Assembly (NCBI GenBank): GCA_977016875.1
Contig: CDRNST010000010.1
Coordinates: forward strand, 3,286,001 to 3,350,000
Source of the DNA: Pavona decussata
Lineage: Eukaryota
DNA: 64,000 nt
Direction: 5' to 3'
The translations under genes and the position numbers were made by a program. Of this stretch, positions 1 to 13,949 are shown piece after piece; the stretch's first letter is position 1; every line of letters begins with the position of its first letter. Under the pieces are notes generated by a model. It did no database searches. It had not been told where the DNA came from and saw only the letters and a program-made list of their open reading frames with translations.

Positions 1-860
1 AGGACGTAACACTTTAATTCCAAGATCATAAAATATAGGTTTATTACCGTATAAAATAAAAAGCATTTGTAACAAAAATATGTATTTATATAGAATGGCA
101 TGCATTGTTGAATTTCTAGCCGTAACTGGGCACTTTATACGAGTTTAAATGTTAGTATTTGATGTCAGGTAATTGACAGCTGCATATGCAATTTATATTT
201 CACCATGCTTGGTTGCCTCCTCGTTATGGCGAGAGAAGTTAGAAAATTACTTCTCTAGGTTGTCAATGATGTTTGTATTTAGAGAACGCAAAGTATTTAT
301 GTTATGGGCAGTATCTATGCCAATCAAATATTAATAAAGGATGTCTTTTGTTAGTTACATTCTAGCTTAAATATTAAGCGATTCGTTCACACAAAACTGC
401 CTTTAATATATATTCCATGCAATGCATGTCCAGATTCATTTTTCTCTAATATATTTTTCTTTTTCTATCCATAATTGCAAACTATATAAAACTTTTTTAT
501 CAAAAGAATTCTAGTAGCCCGTTCGCAGAAAGAACATTTCTAGACCAAAACATTAATTTGTTTTAATGACCTATTCCCTCATGCCGACAATGTGGTTACA
601 TCTTTTTAGTCCTGGGACAAAATTCCTCACTCAAACCATTCAAAAAGCATCCTGAAGGAAGGTGGAGGGAATTAAATTCCTATTTTTCAGCTCTGGTTCT
701 TTGCAACCCAATTTCCTATCTTAACGTTTGGAAATACAATTACTCATAAAAAGAAAACGTTAATTCCAGCTCCAATGCCCCCACCTTCAAGACACTTTTT
801 AAACAAGAGTACTTACAAGCCATTCTGTTGGTGGCTAATTGCTAATCCTGCTCAGTAAGT

Positions 861-3419
861 TCATATGTGGGCTTCAATGTCCACTTGAATTTTTGAAGGC
901 AAGCTGAACAAGTGTGATCTTGCCGGCGCACTGAATTTTCTTCCTTTCAGTTTTGGCCGCGGTGAGGATTTCGGTTTTCCGAATGTCTCATTTCCATTTT
1001 CATCTCTAGATGATAAATTTGAACTGCTAATTGAAGAAACAGATTTTACTCTTGTCCTTGATCTTGTATCACCATGGTAAAATGGATCACTTCCAGTGTT
1101 GACCAACTCATTAAGTGCATGGGGGAATGAAGTTGCGGACTTTCTCTTCTCTTTAATTTGTTGTTTCCTTACATCAGAGACCTCGTTGCCACTGGGTATG
1201 TAAAACATCGGCATGGAAGGAAATTTATACAATCGCTGCGAAGTGCTGCTGTCTTCCTGCGGTGGATTACTCGAAGACCGTTCCAGGGACTCTTTTCTTT
1301 TTGGCATGGGCGCGAGAACTTGTTCCTTTTCATACCAATCGGCCTCTTCAGCAGTACGGGCAAAAACGTTATTAGAGCTAATCTCGTTCTGAATGATCTC
1401 TTCTGTGGTTTCATTATCCAATGGTGACCCGCTCGAGCGCGCAAATTCCAATTTTGGCGCTTCGCTTAATCCGTTTGCCATGTCAGTTTGTTTATCGTTA
1501 TCTTCTGACGAAATAACAACAACGGGTTTCTGCTCCATTGCGCCAACAGCTTGTGTGTCCTCGATGTTCACAGCTTTCTTTACCGGAATCGTATGTTCTG
1601 CATCCTGTTCTCCTGGTGTTGCTTGATCCCCCTCCTCCCGCACTATTTGCTTCTTCTTATTAGCGTGCCTAACACATTCAACAGCAAAGGCCGAGAGATC
1701 AGCGTCTTTAAACTTTAAATACTGCCTCATGCTTTCTCGAACACCCAGTTTAGAGCAAGCCTTTAGAGAATTTGCATCTGTAGACATAGCTCGCCTTTTC
1801 ACCCTGGGGCGATCAAGCTTGCTCGCTGTTCCATTCTTGGAACTAAGGTTACTCTCGTACACAGTCTTGACAGAGTTCCCATTTTCAATGTGTTCCTCTG
1901 TTGATACCGTCTTGCCTAAACGATTTTTGTTGTCTGCGACTTCGGGTGAGTATTCTTCAGTGACTCGTTGTTGCAAAGTAGTTTCGTCGCGTTGTTTTTT
2001 AACATGATTTTTTGGCGTCGTCTTTTTCGCGTTGTCACTGTCCTCCGGAATTGGTATTTCCTCAATGAGGGTCTCAGATATCAAAACATCCTGTAAATTA
2101 CGCTCGCTCACTGATTTACGCTCGCGTGGGCTGAAATTAGGCTGGTCACGAGTCGGATAACTTGCTTTCATGAAGATAACGTCATCGAGATCTACTTGAT
2201 CATTTTCGTTTTGGCGAGTGTCAAAAACGTCTGTTACTTTTATGACAGTGTCTGAATCGGCGGAACTCGAGCTGTTGTTTCGGCTCTTCTGTGACGTGGA
2301 TTGCTGTGCATCTCGTGAAACGTTTTCCATTCCACCATCCTTCTCATTACCATTAAATTCTCCATTCCGTTGACGATCACTTCCATGCCTCTCTGAGTTG
2401 TTTCTCGATCTGTTTCTACTTGACGAACTCGGCGAATTTGAGCAGGCATCTTGTAGCTTTGAAGGACAACTCTGTCCTCTGACCCCCACGTTTTCCACCA
2501 GTTCTTTCAATGCAAGTTCCAGCTCTTTAATCTTCTTTACTTGACTCTCGCTCTCTGATCCTGGCGTTAGCGATCTCGGACTATCGGGTGTGTTAGTACT
2601 GTCATCTGTCGAGCTTGCTGATTCTTCACTTTGCCTGCGACCGCGCACGGTCGCCAAGTGCGATGCGCGTTTCACCCATATTTGCAGTCTAGACTGAATT
2701 TGTCCCGATAATTCTTGCGCGTTGTTTGGAATGCTGTCGAGGCTTACAGCAGAGAACATCCTGCCGTTCTCAGGGCTTTCATGTTGCCCAGATAAATCAA
2801 CAGACGTCTTAGATCTTGTACGACTGAGTACATTACGTTTTGTTCGAACACGCGATCCAGGCACCTCTTGTGTGATTCTGTAACCGTTCATAACGTTTAT
2901 CAAGGGTTCATCCGTTCGGTCGGTAGTTTTTACTCCAACACAACAAGTTTGGTCTTCAAGAGTTGTTTTTTCCACGCATTTGTCGAAGGCATGCTGCCTT
3001 TTTAGTTGGACACTAGTGGGTGCGCTTGATGACTCATGCAATCGCACACTGTGAGTTATGAAACCCTGCTGAATTCCATTCTCCGGGTACGAATCATTTT
3101 TATCGTTCTCACGCACGATGTCTTCTTTCAAAGTTTTAGTGGGAGGGAAATTCACAGAGCCTCTCCTTAGCTTTTTGAGCTTCTTTTCCGTGCCCGGCAT
3201 AGGAATCGGCGTGCTGCGCGACCGTGAATGTTCCGGCGACAGAGTATTCGTGACTTTAATTTTTGAAGACTCGTAATCCGTCGTTTCCGCAGTGATTTCT
3301 TTGCCGACACGCTTATCGCGAACGTTTGCGTTAGCCTTTCCCATCCATTTTTGAAGCTTAGCTTTAACGCCGCTCGAGATGTTTATATTAGAGCCGTTTT
3401 CCTTGTACGTGGAGGCCAT
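861..3419 (-). CDS. Host gene: single large coding exon for an ~852-aa low-complexity, probably disordered Ser/Arg/Glu-rich protein of unknown function
   Basis: Uninterrupted 2.56-kb ORF in AT-rich DNA; first ATG at 3419 (MASTYKENG); many RRxS/RKxS motifs; no recognisable globular domain; candidate 5'-UTR acceptor near 3493. Confidence 0.75.
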   Translation of the reverse strand: MASTYKENGSNINISSGVKAKLQKWMGKANANVRDKRVGKEITAETTDYESSKIKVTNTLSPEHSRSRSTPIPMPGTEKKLKKLRRGSVNFPPTKTLKEDIVRENDKNDSYPENGIQQGFITHSVRLHESSSAPTSVQLKRQHAFDKCVEKTTLEDQTCCVGVKTTDRTDEPLINVMNGYRITQEVPGSRVRTKRNVLSRTRSKTSVDLSGQHESPENGRMFSAVSLDSIPNNAQELSGQIQSRLQIWVKRASHLATVRGRRQSEESASSTDDSTNTPDSPRSLTPGSESESQVKKIKELELALKELVENVGVRGQSCPSKLQDACSNSPSSSSRNRSRNNSERHGSDRQRNGEFNGNEKDGGMENVSRDAQQSTSQKSRNNSSSSADSDTVIKVTDVFDTRQNENDQVDLDDVIFMKASYPTRDQPNFSPRERKSVSERNLQDVLISETLIEEIPIPEDSDNAKKTTPKNHVKKQRDETTLQQRVTEEYSPEVADNKNRLGKTVSTEEHIENGNSVKTVYESNLSSKNGTASKLDRPRVKRRAMSTDANSLKACSKLGVRESMRQYLKFKDADLSAFAVECVRHANKKKQIVREEGDQATPGEQDAEHTIPVKKAVNIEDTQAVGAMEQKPVVVISSEDNDKQTDMANGLSEAPKLEFARSSGSPLDNETTEEIIQNEISSNNVFARTAEEADWYEKEQVLAPMPKRKESLERSSSNPPQEDSSTSQRLYKFPSMPMFYIPSGNEVSDVRKQQIKEKRKSATSFPHALNELVNTGSDPFYHGDTRSRTRVKSVSSISSSNLSSRDENGNETFGKPKSSPRPKLKGRKFSAPARSHLFSLPSKIQVDIEAHI

Positions 3420-6400
3420 TTTCAACTTTGACTCAGACGACAACAAGGCTTACAAATTCCTGTTGGACATTTGCATTACTTTGTACACAGGCCTGTGGGA
3501 GGTAACGATGACACGATTAAAATGTGCTTAATGATTTGTCAATAGAAATCTCTCGAGCCCTGCCCGAGCCCAGCAAATACGCCCAGAGATTCACAACTTG
3601 AACGTATGTGACAAGAGCTCACCTGAATGTGTCTAGCTCCAGAAGAACAACGTAGGCAGGAACAGTCAATATTTATCTACATCTCGTGTTTACGTCCCAC
3701 TGCGCGAGTATAAAGTTTCTAAACTGATGTAATAATAGCCAGGATATAGATTTACACTTGTCTGGTTTGCGTATCTTGCGGGAAAGTTTGGTTATCACGC
3801 AATTTGTTTTGTTATGTGTACGCAAATGTACAACAAGGCGAAAACCCAAGCAACTTCGTTCTTTGTTGACCCTATTGATGCTGGTTTGATACACTCACGT
3901 CATATCCTACAATTAAATCATAACTATTGTATTCAAGTATGTATCATTTCATCGAGAATTCAAATGTCAGGGTGATTGTATTATCCCGCAGACCTCCTTA
4001 GATAGCATCATCAATCTCATTGGTCAAAAGTTTCTCATTGTTCAAAGGTTGATTGTCCCTTGAAGACAACCGCCTGATTGTCGCTAAACTTTTTGTTTAG
4101 GTATTTACCACTTCCCGCAAATAATCTTTCTAAAGAATTGGGCAAGCATACCTTCAATACTTACTCATGTAAAAAGTAACTTCTTTTTTTTCACAAACAT
4201 CAAACATCATTCTATTTCACAAGTCCTGTATTCCGAGAAGTGTTGACTTAAATAACTTAATCTCTTTTATGGTGGTTCAGGCGACTGCAAATAATAAATA
4301 GCAATTTGTCATTTCTCCCATGACAGCATTTAAATTGAGATGACGTCCCTTAAGCCTCGGACTCATAATAAACTCTACAAAAGCAGAAGATTAACTAAAA
4401 GAACCTTCTTTGGAGTGAGCTAATTAAAAGCTAAGTAACCAACAATGCCGAGATGTCAACAAAAGATGCCATTCAGAATTGTAAAGCCCAAGATTTTAAT
4501 CCTTTCCCTACGCGGACGTTGTTGTCTAATTATGCAAAAAGCTTTAGGCCCAGATGGATCCGTGATAAGTCTTTAAGTAAAAGAACTAATTATTGAATTA
4601 GAATATCATGTAAGCGTGAAAGTCGTTAAGAACTCCGCTTTGCCACGTTTGTTCCATGTGTCGAGTGAAGTGGAACCTGTTGTTGTTTTCAATAGCACAG
4701 TCACTGCGGTTTACACCCTTACTACATCTATTCTTCTGAATTTTACAAACATCTCCACCGTAAATAATTCCATTCTTGTCAAGTCATTGTACATGTGTCT
4801 TGTGTTACAATGAGAAAAGTATGTTTCGTTTCCTCCAACGCGAATTTAGGCGGAAAAAAATTGTGGGTGCCTTTGCTGTGACTAATAAATCATGTCCCGA
4901 CTTTCCCTTTTTCGAACACTTCAAAAGTTGCACCGATCGCCGGATGAAATCCATCAGGAAAGACTCAGAAAACCAGCCGTCGGTGTAAAAATAGTGTTTT
5001 CATGGCAACAGACGTAAATATAAGTTCAAGATTTTGTTTGTTTAAACCGATTTTTTCTGTTGTATTTTGTGATTAAAGTTCTAAATCAAGCGGATTTTTC
5101 CGACTGGCTTGTGAAGTGTTGGGGGCAACGGAAGTGAAGAAATAGCGCTTACTTCTTTCCGATGACGAAGTCCGGCATACTTTATCGTATCAGGTAACAT
5201 CCATATTAGCTAACAAATAAAGAAAATCGACAAATGAAGTCATTCACTTATATATTTACAGTCCAAAGGGTAATTTCAGCTAGTGACGAGGAGTCAAAAT
5301 CAGATCATAACAAAAAATACCGAGACTTCACTGTTACGTAACGGGCCATACTACAGTATTTGATCCAAATACTCGAATTGAAAGTAAAATACTACTGAAC
5401 GGCCGGTTTCTTTCATTTAAATGATCGCACTTTAGGATTTCATTCCGGCCCAATTCAAGATTTCATGTTTTTGACCAATGTTTAGCTCCCGGCACAAGTT
5501 AAAAAGGTCCACTGATAGTGTTCGTGGGCTCGAGTCATTATTGCAACAGTGTAACTAATCGACCCATTCGTTTAAATTCAGAGCAAATTTACTGGGTCAA
5601 TCTTACACATTCATCTTTTCAAAGCGGCGTTTCTGAAAGGCCACCTTGTTACGAGAGGCGTTTTAATAGGTTATTTTAACAGCGTGAAATGGCGCCATCG
5701 TGTAAGTCTTGACACTCGAGTTCATTAAACGCCCATTTGCAGGTCACAAAATGATTTTATCATGAATTCGTTACTTCGTAATTTTTTTTATGCAGCTGTT
5801 GAAATCCTAATGTACGAGTTTTCCGACCTTGTAACGACTCCGTCAAGTGTAAGGTTTTGCTTATGGCCAGGCTTTTCTTATCAGTTTAGTTAGCAACACG
5901 AATGCCCCAAAGCACGCAACGGCAAGCAAACAAACACCAACACAAATAAACAATCTTAATTTCGTTAGTGTTTAAATATAAACAGTAGGATAAGAAAGAG
6001 GAAAAGGATAAAGCTTTCAGATGAATGGTGAAGAGCCCTGTTGGGAAAGATAAATTAATCATTCATTTGACCTCAGCGGTTTTGTATCGGACTCTGGAGA
6101 CTTTATACTCGCGTTATACACTTGGTATAGTAACTGGTAAACACTCGACGAATATTTCTAGTTAACGAGCAATTTGAAATCGAGCATCTCAACAAAAATG
6201 TTTTCTGTATACAAAACTGCATATGACCATTCATTTAATACGTAGAATTGTTTAGATTCACCTGCCTTCAGTCACTGTTTACTGGGTTAGTGTTAATCGC
6301 CCATAAGCCGATAACGAGTTTCTTACCTGTTGCGCCGTGGATGCGGATCTTCCATCCAAGGTTTGATCTCGTTTTGAAGGTTTTCTTGTCTTCTTTAAAT

Positions 6401-7146
6401 GTTGAATAATTTGGTGCCCTTCAACAGAACTTGACGGTCACCGAATGATTTACGATTTCTCTCAAGTAGAAAATCGCGTCCATGTCGTGCCTGTACATGC
6501 ACATGACTTATCAATCAATAGAGGGCCAGCGGAGTACAGTCGGCTTTAGCACGTGCATGGACCACCTGCGGTGTTGTTACAAGGCCATTTGAAATGTTAG
6601 CTGGGACAAGATTCACTGGGTCACGAAGTCCTCTAAGTTAAGATTTATCTTAATCATTGTCTCTTAACAAAGGGCTATTTATTTATTTATTTATTGGAAT
6701 AACAGCACACTCTTGTTCACAAACAATTCTTGGGATACATCTTAACTTAGGATGATGTCTTCGTGAATCTGGCCCCGTTGGCCCTTAAATTTAGTTTTGA
6801 AAGCAAGCAAGCTTCTAAAACCTAATTACATCAATTCTGGCAAATCTCTCCAAGTATTTCCTTTTTCTTGCTGTTAGTATGTTTTCTTTTGCAGAAATCA
6901 GTATAATGCTTTTATTTTATAATTCTATGAATAGAACAGGCTTGAAAAAAAGTGAGATTTTCTCATGCAAAGTCTATATTCGAGTGAACTGTAGACCCAA
7001 ATGACATAACTTCTTCATTGAATTGATCTGATTATCTATATGTTTTGTTTAGTCTACGTGGAATAATCAGTTGTTTTTTTAGTCGCCACTGTCGCGCTTT
7101 TAATGAAAATGTAGTGCAGGCCCAACTTGATTTCAAACTGTCATTT

Positions 7147-7240
7147 CGTTCTGACGAAGGGCTAAAGTTCGAAACGTCAGCGCTCGAATCTCTTTACGGG
7201 TCCAAATTACCTTATCAACTCTGCTGATAAAACCAAATTC
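7147..7240 (+). ncRNA. Minimal type-I hammerhead ribozyme motif in a Penelope-like/retrozyme repeat fragment
   Basis: CGTT-CTGACGA-A-GGGC-TAAA-GTTC-GAAACGTC-AGCG at 7147-7182: CUGANGA and GAAA core boxes, 4-bp helix I, 4-bp helix II, short palindromic helix III with GUC cleavage triplet. Confidence 0.55.
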
Positions 7241-10200
7241 TTGAGTTCAAAAGTGTTGCGGAGGTAAACCTAAACATTGCTGGTTGGATGAATAAGCCGT
7301 ATTGGCCAAGATTGGCCAGACGCAGAAAATGGGATTGGCTGATCAAGAGTTGCCAAGTATTGGATAGAAGATTGGGGCAAAAGTAGAGTTTGGAGATGAT
7401 ATTTATGATAAAACAATTGGGGCTGGAAAAAAGCATTATCGACAAAATATTACTTACCAGGTCTTTGCCATCCTTTCATAGTAGACAGAGTATCGACGTA
7501 ATTAAATAGACAGCCGAGAAAAGCCCTGTAACCTCGGATGTGTTGTGTGCAAAGGAGTATAAAGCAAAACATACAACTGAGAATTAATCTGGTGATTTCT
7601 GTAAACTTTACACGGACCCGGATTAATAAAAAAAAAGGGTAATTTGTAGCTGAATCTTCTTGTAGATCAGGTCAGCAATAAACTAAATAAAACCCAAAAA
7701 GGATCATGAAGGCTGGCTGAACAGCTAGCAGGCTAGTATTTGTTAAGATCGTTTGGCCAACATCTCAGAGTACCCTACCCATGCACCTCAGATACATACT
7801 ATATTTTGCTGCCAGTCGCCCAGGAGGCATCGCCCTTATTAAAGGTGTTATCCTGTATGTCGTGGAAGAAAGGGCAAAATAGGAGTGTGCCTGCATGGCC
7901 GGGGAGTGATAGGAAGGACAAGATGAATAGGCAATAGTCCCACAACTCCGCGCGCGCCACGTTTGTGAAAAAGCGACGCCCGACGGTGAGGAAGCCTTTT
8001 ATTTTTTGACGTGAAAATGTAAAATTTTAATTTTCTATAGTGAAATATCAGCGCCTTTGTACAAATGGAGAAAGGATATCAATGTTTCTAGTCATCGAAG
8101 GGATAAGAAAATTGTGTTTGATACGCGTCAGAAAAATAAAAAGAACCCCACCTGAGAAATCCGACATCTGAAAATTACGCGGAGGAATTCAAGTGATTTA
8201 GAAATTTAACAAAAGGTATATTCTGCTTTGGTATTTTATAGCTTCCAATAAAACTTGAAAACAATGGTATCAAATGCGGTCCCGGTTTCTTATCCCCTGC
8301 AGGTCAAACGTTTTTTTTTTCTTTAATTTACCTCGGGGGTTTCAGAGCTATATCAGACGCGTCCAAGCAGTCGGGTCACTGTACTTTTATCTACATCAAA
8401 CTCCGCAAGTGCAATATGCCTTATGGATTTCGTTAATAAGGATTGGACGCATTCTTTCTTTTTCATTCTAAAATGAGAAATGACCCGAAGTGTTTTGCCT
8501 CCCGCTGACTCAGTTTCTTGTTTTTTTTTATAACTAAACAGTTTGAAATTTCTAGTGCTTTGAGCTCCCATGAAGGGGCTGCGGTTCTTTTGATGAGTGG
8601 TTTTGTATAATAGAACTTTCAATTATTGTTCTACATCTATTATTAATAGCTGAATAATTAAGTTGAGTTGAAGTTGTCCAAGGCTGGCTTCACTTTTTGG
8701 GATTCCACTCAGAGTTACTAAGTAAAGAAACCTCAGGTAAAACCGCAATGTAGTTTCTAAGGAAATGAATGTGCCTCGTCAGCTTCAAGGCTCGTGAAAC
8801 CAAACAGCTCTTCTATGTCGAAAAGTTAAATAAGCTATTCCACTGTTATAACTGAACAACTAGAAACAAAACCCAAGGGACCATAAAACCGTCAGACTTA
8901 TAACCAAAGGATGGAAATGGACAGATTGATAAGGAAATTAAATAAGCTTTTTCAAGTTGCTCGTCTAAACGCGTTGCTTACAACCGTGAAATCTGTACGT
9001 GCTTCTGAATCAAGGAAGGGTTTTTTTAATGCACTGAAGCATGGTTGACAATTAACGATTCAGCTCACCAAGACAAGTGCTGCCACGGACGGGAATGTAG
9101 CTTCTCTCTGGCGTCTGCGACCATACAGAAAATAAAACCGCTGCTCTTGTTGAATGCTGATTGGGAACGTTAGCAACACAACTATAGTATAAACTAACGT
9201 AGACTGAGGTAGATTCACTTGTTCTTTAATATCACCCGTGTCAAGTCACGTGCAGGCAGAGGCCTGTTTCTTGATATTGACCTGTATTACACATGGTCGA
9301 TCAATCGTGATGGTCAAATATACGGTGATTAAATATAAAAACAAAAGTGTTTATATTATAAAAATGGGCGTATGAGTGGAATGCGGTCAAAGTGTTAAAC
9401 AAGGTACCTACTTTTAAGATAAAACACTAAAACATAAAAGAAACTTGCCTGATTTGCAAAAATCACAGTTAAACATGACACTCACTCGTGCCTTGACACA
9501 ATAGTTCTGCAAACGCCTCTGGTTTGAGATATTAAAAGAATGTTCATGCTCCGATACTTTTGGAATAAATAATACGGTTAATTTCAAAACGGCTTTTGAA
9601 AGTAGATTTTCTATGATGCAACTGACCGTTTTGACGCGACAAAACCTTCAACATAACGGTATTGCCATGTCCTTACAGTCGCGAAACACACTGAAGGCGA
9701 AGACGCGTCTTTACTCAAAAGTACAAGACAAATAAAGCATAACGAAAATGGGAAAAATACATATCCTGAGACTTTAACCAGTCATAGTTCAACGAAACAA
9801 ACACAATTATTAAAAGATTTCTTTACAGTTTCAAAAACGTCTCTTTTCAGCCCGTGGGCTGCTTTCATTCAAAATGGCGGCTTGTTTTGGGAAATTAAAA
9901 CTTCTCATGACGCGCGCGTATGCATTTAATATGCTTTTGTCGATAGCTTTCCTATAGTGTATTGGTCAAAAAACTAGGATTTTGTCTGTTCAGAATATCG
10001 CATTCAAATGTGAAGTTACCAAATATCGGGAAAAAAAGTTATAACCTACAAAAACACTAAATTTGCGTTTCAGACTTACAGTTCAGAAGTTAAAAGTTAG
10101 AGCCAAAGGACAACCCCTCCCCCTAAAAAACACACTAGGATGGCACCCTAAATATATAAAGTATGTAAAAATTTCGTCAAAAATATGTAAACAAAATGTA

Positions 10201-13200
10201 TTGAAAATACACTATATAAAAGATAGCCATGCATGCATGTGTTTCTCGTAAGTGCACTCCACGTATTTCAGATTAAATTGCTTCATCATACTGGTTTTGA
10301 CATAGTCTTGACTAAAATCCAAGAAAACCTCAGAATGGGAGTTCATGAAATTGTGATGACGATCAAACGCGGAGTATGGGATCAAAAGAACACTGGTCAT
10401 TTGAGACGTTCAGCACAATACGGATCTACCACATTACAGCAACAGCTATTTACTGAAATTGTCAAGTCAAAGTGAAACTTCTGTCTCCTGGAAAAGCTTT
10501 TGTCTTCCTAAATCAAGTGAAAATATTAACTATTAAAATGGCAATATGGACGAAAACCTTTGCGGTCATTAATTCGTCGTTTCCGTCCTCGGTAAGCAGG
10601 CGGCTGGGAACGAAGCAGACCAAACTCAAAGCCTTGATGATCCAGCTTACCTTAAGGTGAGCTGGATCATTCGAGAAACATAAATTTTCCTCAGAAAAAC
10701 CACGTCCAGGATGGTAAGATTTGATTAACCCATCCTTTGAGTTCACGTCAGCTCCTACCGCTTAGAGGCTTCTTGTAAAACCTTGTGCCATATTCGTATT
10801 TAGGGTAATGCAACACCATTTGAGGATAAGCCCAAATTTATTTTCAAAACATCTGAATATAGATCTTAGGAATTAGAATCTTTGTGAATAGTTACGGTAT
10901 CAGGAGCGGCAATAGGAAAAATTGTGTCAATCTACGAGTATCCTTATACCTAGTGTTAAAAGAAGTTTCTTATAATTTCGATTCAGTTTAATTGAATCTA
11001 TTTTCTTTGTAGACTATCAGATTTTGTGTAAAAAAGAAAGAAACAAGAATGGGGCTCTATGAAAAGGAAATAACTATAATCATCAAGTAACACTCTGAGA
11101 GAAAAACTGAAGAATTGACGATGCAGATGGAACAGGAACAGCAGCACCCGACCAACCAATCCTCCGAGTCCACATACACAGATCGAAAAAGTCCCAAAGG
11201 TGAAACACCCTTAGTTTTGTGCCCCGGCCCTAAAGCCTGGTTCATAGTCGTGCGATAAGCGCAGACATAAGAGTAAGAAAACCACATGCGGATCTGTAAG
11301 GGATAAGCAACAGCAGAAGCATAAGAAAAGACCCCATTTTCGTTTTGTGATGCATGTGCTTATGCTTTTTTTTCAGGGATGCTTTTGACTATTTCACAAG
11401 TGTGAACCGGTGTAAGATAAGCTGCGCATAGGAGGAAGAACTCAGCAGAGCTGCGCATGCGCATGTCGCCTAGTGCTTGTTCTTATCACACAGTGGGAAT
11501 GTCATTGCGCATGGGCTTATAGGGATACTTGAACGAATCTCAAATGTTTTAGTTTAACTTGCCGATGTGGAAGAATGTTACGTTTACAGTTTATCTCTGG
11601 AGTGAAAATTGGCAAAGTTAACCGAGTGATTGGATTTGCTAATGATTGCTGGCACACTTTGTTTCTTGAAATTGAGGAACTCAAAAGAAAAAGAAGAAAA
11701 ATAAAAAAACGAAAAAGGCGCTACTGAAAAATGTGATTTGAATTTCGGGAGTACAGCTAGTATCAATGACAAGTGCAATGCAACAAAATACGAGCGCAAA
11801 GAGTATCGTTTCTCTTCCAAGCATTAAGGATTTTTAGTTTCATTATCACAGATTAGTTAGTTCAGAGAAAAAACAAAGAAACAGTAAAAATGAGAGACAC
11901 GCTAAACATTTAAAGGAATGTTTATTAAACCTTAAAGAAAAACCACGTACATAAGCTTCCTGTTTAACTTAACGGTTGCGTAAAAAGCCGATCCACAATT
12001 AAAAAATCTTCCAGCTTCAGCTGAGCCCCTAATGTAAACGGAAGAGCTTGCTATGAAAACATATAGACACCCGGCCCATGTATAATTCTTCTATTCAGTT
12101 CAAAATGCGGTTGCATTTTCCTGCCTTGCTACTGGGAACGAGGAACTTCTTCAATAATCAAACGAGACACCGACATCCAGCCTGTATCCCCACCAGAGTT
12201 TCCATATCCAGGACAGTTGCCGATGTTGATTCCCACACGAATTTTCCCCTTGTGAATGTTGTCACAGTAGCCTTCTATTGCCCCCGGTCTATGGTTGTCT
12301 TCATCACTATTTCTAATCCAGAGCGCAGCGTCAATAGGCATTGGACCGCTGCACTCGGCGCCATTGAAGGTGATGAACCATCGCTTACAGCAGAAGGCGC
12401 AACCTGTCGAGCGGATGTTGCCTTGAAAGACAACGCGAAGAGCAGTGTCCTCCCTGTGTTTAGTGAACTGGCAGTCCTGCAACAACAGAAACAACATAAA
12501 CAACAACAATTTTCCATTGAGGCGCTTTGCAATGCAATGCTCTTTATGTGCAAGGATAGGAATTTTTACGTGTATGAACACATTAATCTATCCTAGGAAC
12601 TTTCGAATAATTCAGTAGTTCCCCCAAACTGCGACACGTTCTTGTTCTGTTGCCAAGGCCTTGAACGAAGACTTATAAGACTCACCTTTATCAGGCCAAT
12701 ATCCCGACCGTCATATATTTTCCACGCACATTGCTTCCAATTCTTTTGAAAAGTACTACTACGTGGTCCGGGGCTACCTGCCACGCCCTTGTCTCCTTTA
12801 GCACCATCTCGGCCTACTTCTCCCTTAAAACCACGTGGTCCAGGGGGACCTGCCACGCCCTGCTGTCCTTTGGCCCCATCACGTCCGTCGCGGCCTGGTA
12901 ACCCGTTATGTCCGTTCACCGGCCATTACTCCCCGGAAGGCCGGGTGATCCTTGCGGACAGATGTTAGGGTTCTGTGAGATAAAAACACAACATGATTAG
13001 AAATCAAAGGCCACAAAATTAGCCTGAAATATGACATGTATGAAATCGTACGCTGAAAGCTCAAATAGTTTCAAATAAAATTTCTTAATGTAGTCCTCCT
13101 TTCGTCTTTCCTCCATGGGCGAATTTAGTCAAATAAACGGGGCTCGTAAAGCCTGTTCGTGAAGGGGGCGTTAAGCGTCTTGTGCCCCATCAACACCAAT

Positions 13201-13330
13201 TTTAAATACATGTTTAGCTAAACCAGGTTTAAAAACATGAACGTCAAACACCATTACAACCAGGAAGACCAGGTTAGTTTTGTAGGCACCTAATATGGTT
13301 TTGTGAGATCGAAGTTTATTGAAATCGGAT

Positions 13331-13332
13331 AA

Positions 13333-13387
<55 letters not shown>
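13331..13387. repeat. (TAAA)n microsatellite
   Basis: About 14 perfect tetranucleotide units in intron 1 of copy A. Confidence 0.95.
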
Positions 13388-13949
13388 GAGTTTTAAAGGC
13401 GTCATGCGCTATATAACGACAGAATTTTCTTTTTGAACATCAAATGCCTATAGGATATTGCATCATCAAGTTACGGGCAAAGACGTTATTTGTAGGAAAC
13501 TGAATTACAGTCTCTTGTTCATAAAATATGTACATTTATTGAAGAGGAAACCCCTGTTGTTAGTGCTAATCGTGGTTGTACAGCACTTAAATAGCCATTT
13601 TAGCATTTCACCACTCGCTTTCCTTCCTCGACAAAGCCTCTCACGGCAATGTTTTCGTCCGACGTTTTGATTCAGAAAAGAAAACTACAGCTTTTTAAAA
13701 AGATCACCACCCGTGATATTAATATTGACAGCGATAACGAAAACCAAATGACAAACAAACAAACAACCGACAAAGACATCTCTGTGTAAAAATGAAAGCA
13801 GACAAACGGCCCGCCGACACAAAAGTCTCACTTCAATTATTAAGTCATTTTTGAAGAACGCCAAAAAGGACCCAAAGACTAAAATTGCTACCCAACAAGT
13901 ACGTATGAGTTGTTCAAGTTTCATTCAACTAATTTGGACATACCGTGGA

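Noticed and set aside
8353-8622. Possible Tc1/pogo HTH remnant (SIRHIALAEFDVDKSTVTRLL)
   Set aside because: Too short; no catalytic domain or element boundaries found
10513-10830. Ankyrin-like GADVNSKD on the minus strand (paralog near 18400)
   Set aside because: Only a few residues match, there is an adjacent stop codon, and the paralog does not retain the motif or frame
12078-12596. Recurrent plus-strand ORFs over CTHRC1-like exons (also 19583, 20131, 40809, 41461, 51140)
   Set aside because: Antisense shadows of conserved coding exons and collagen codon bias
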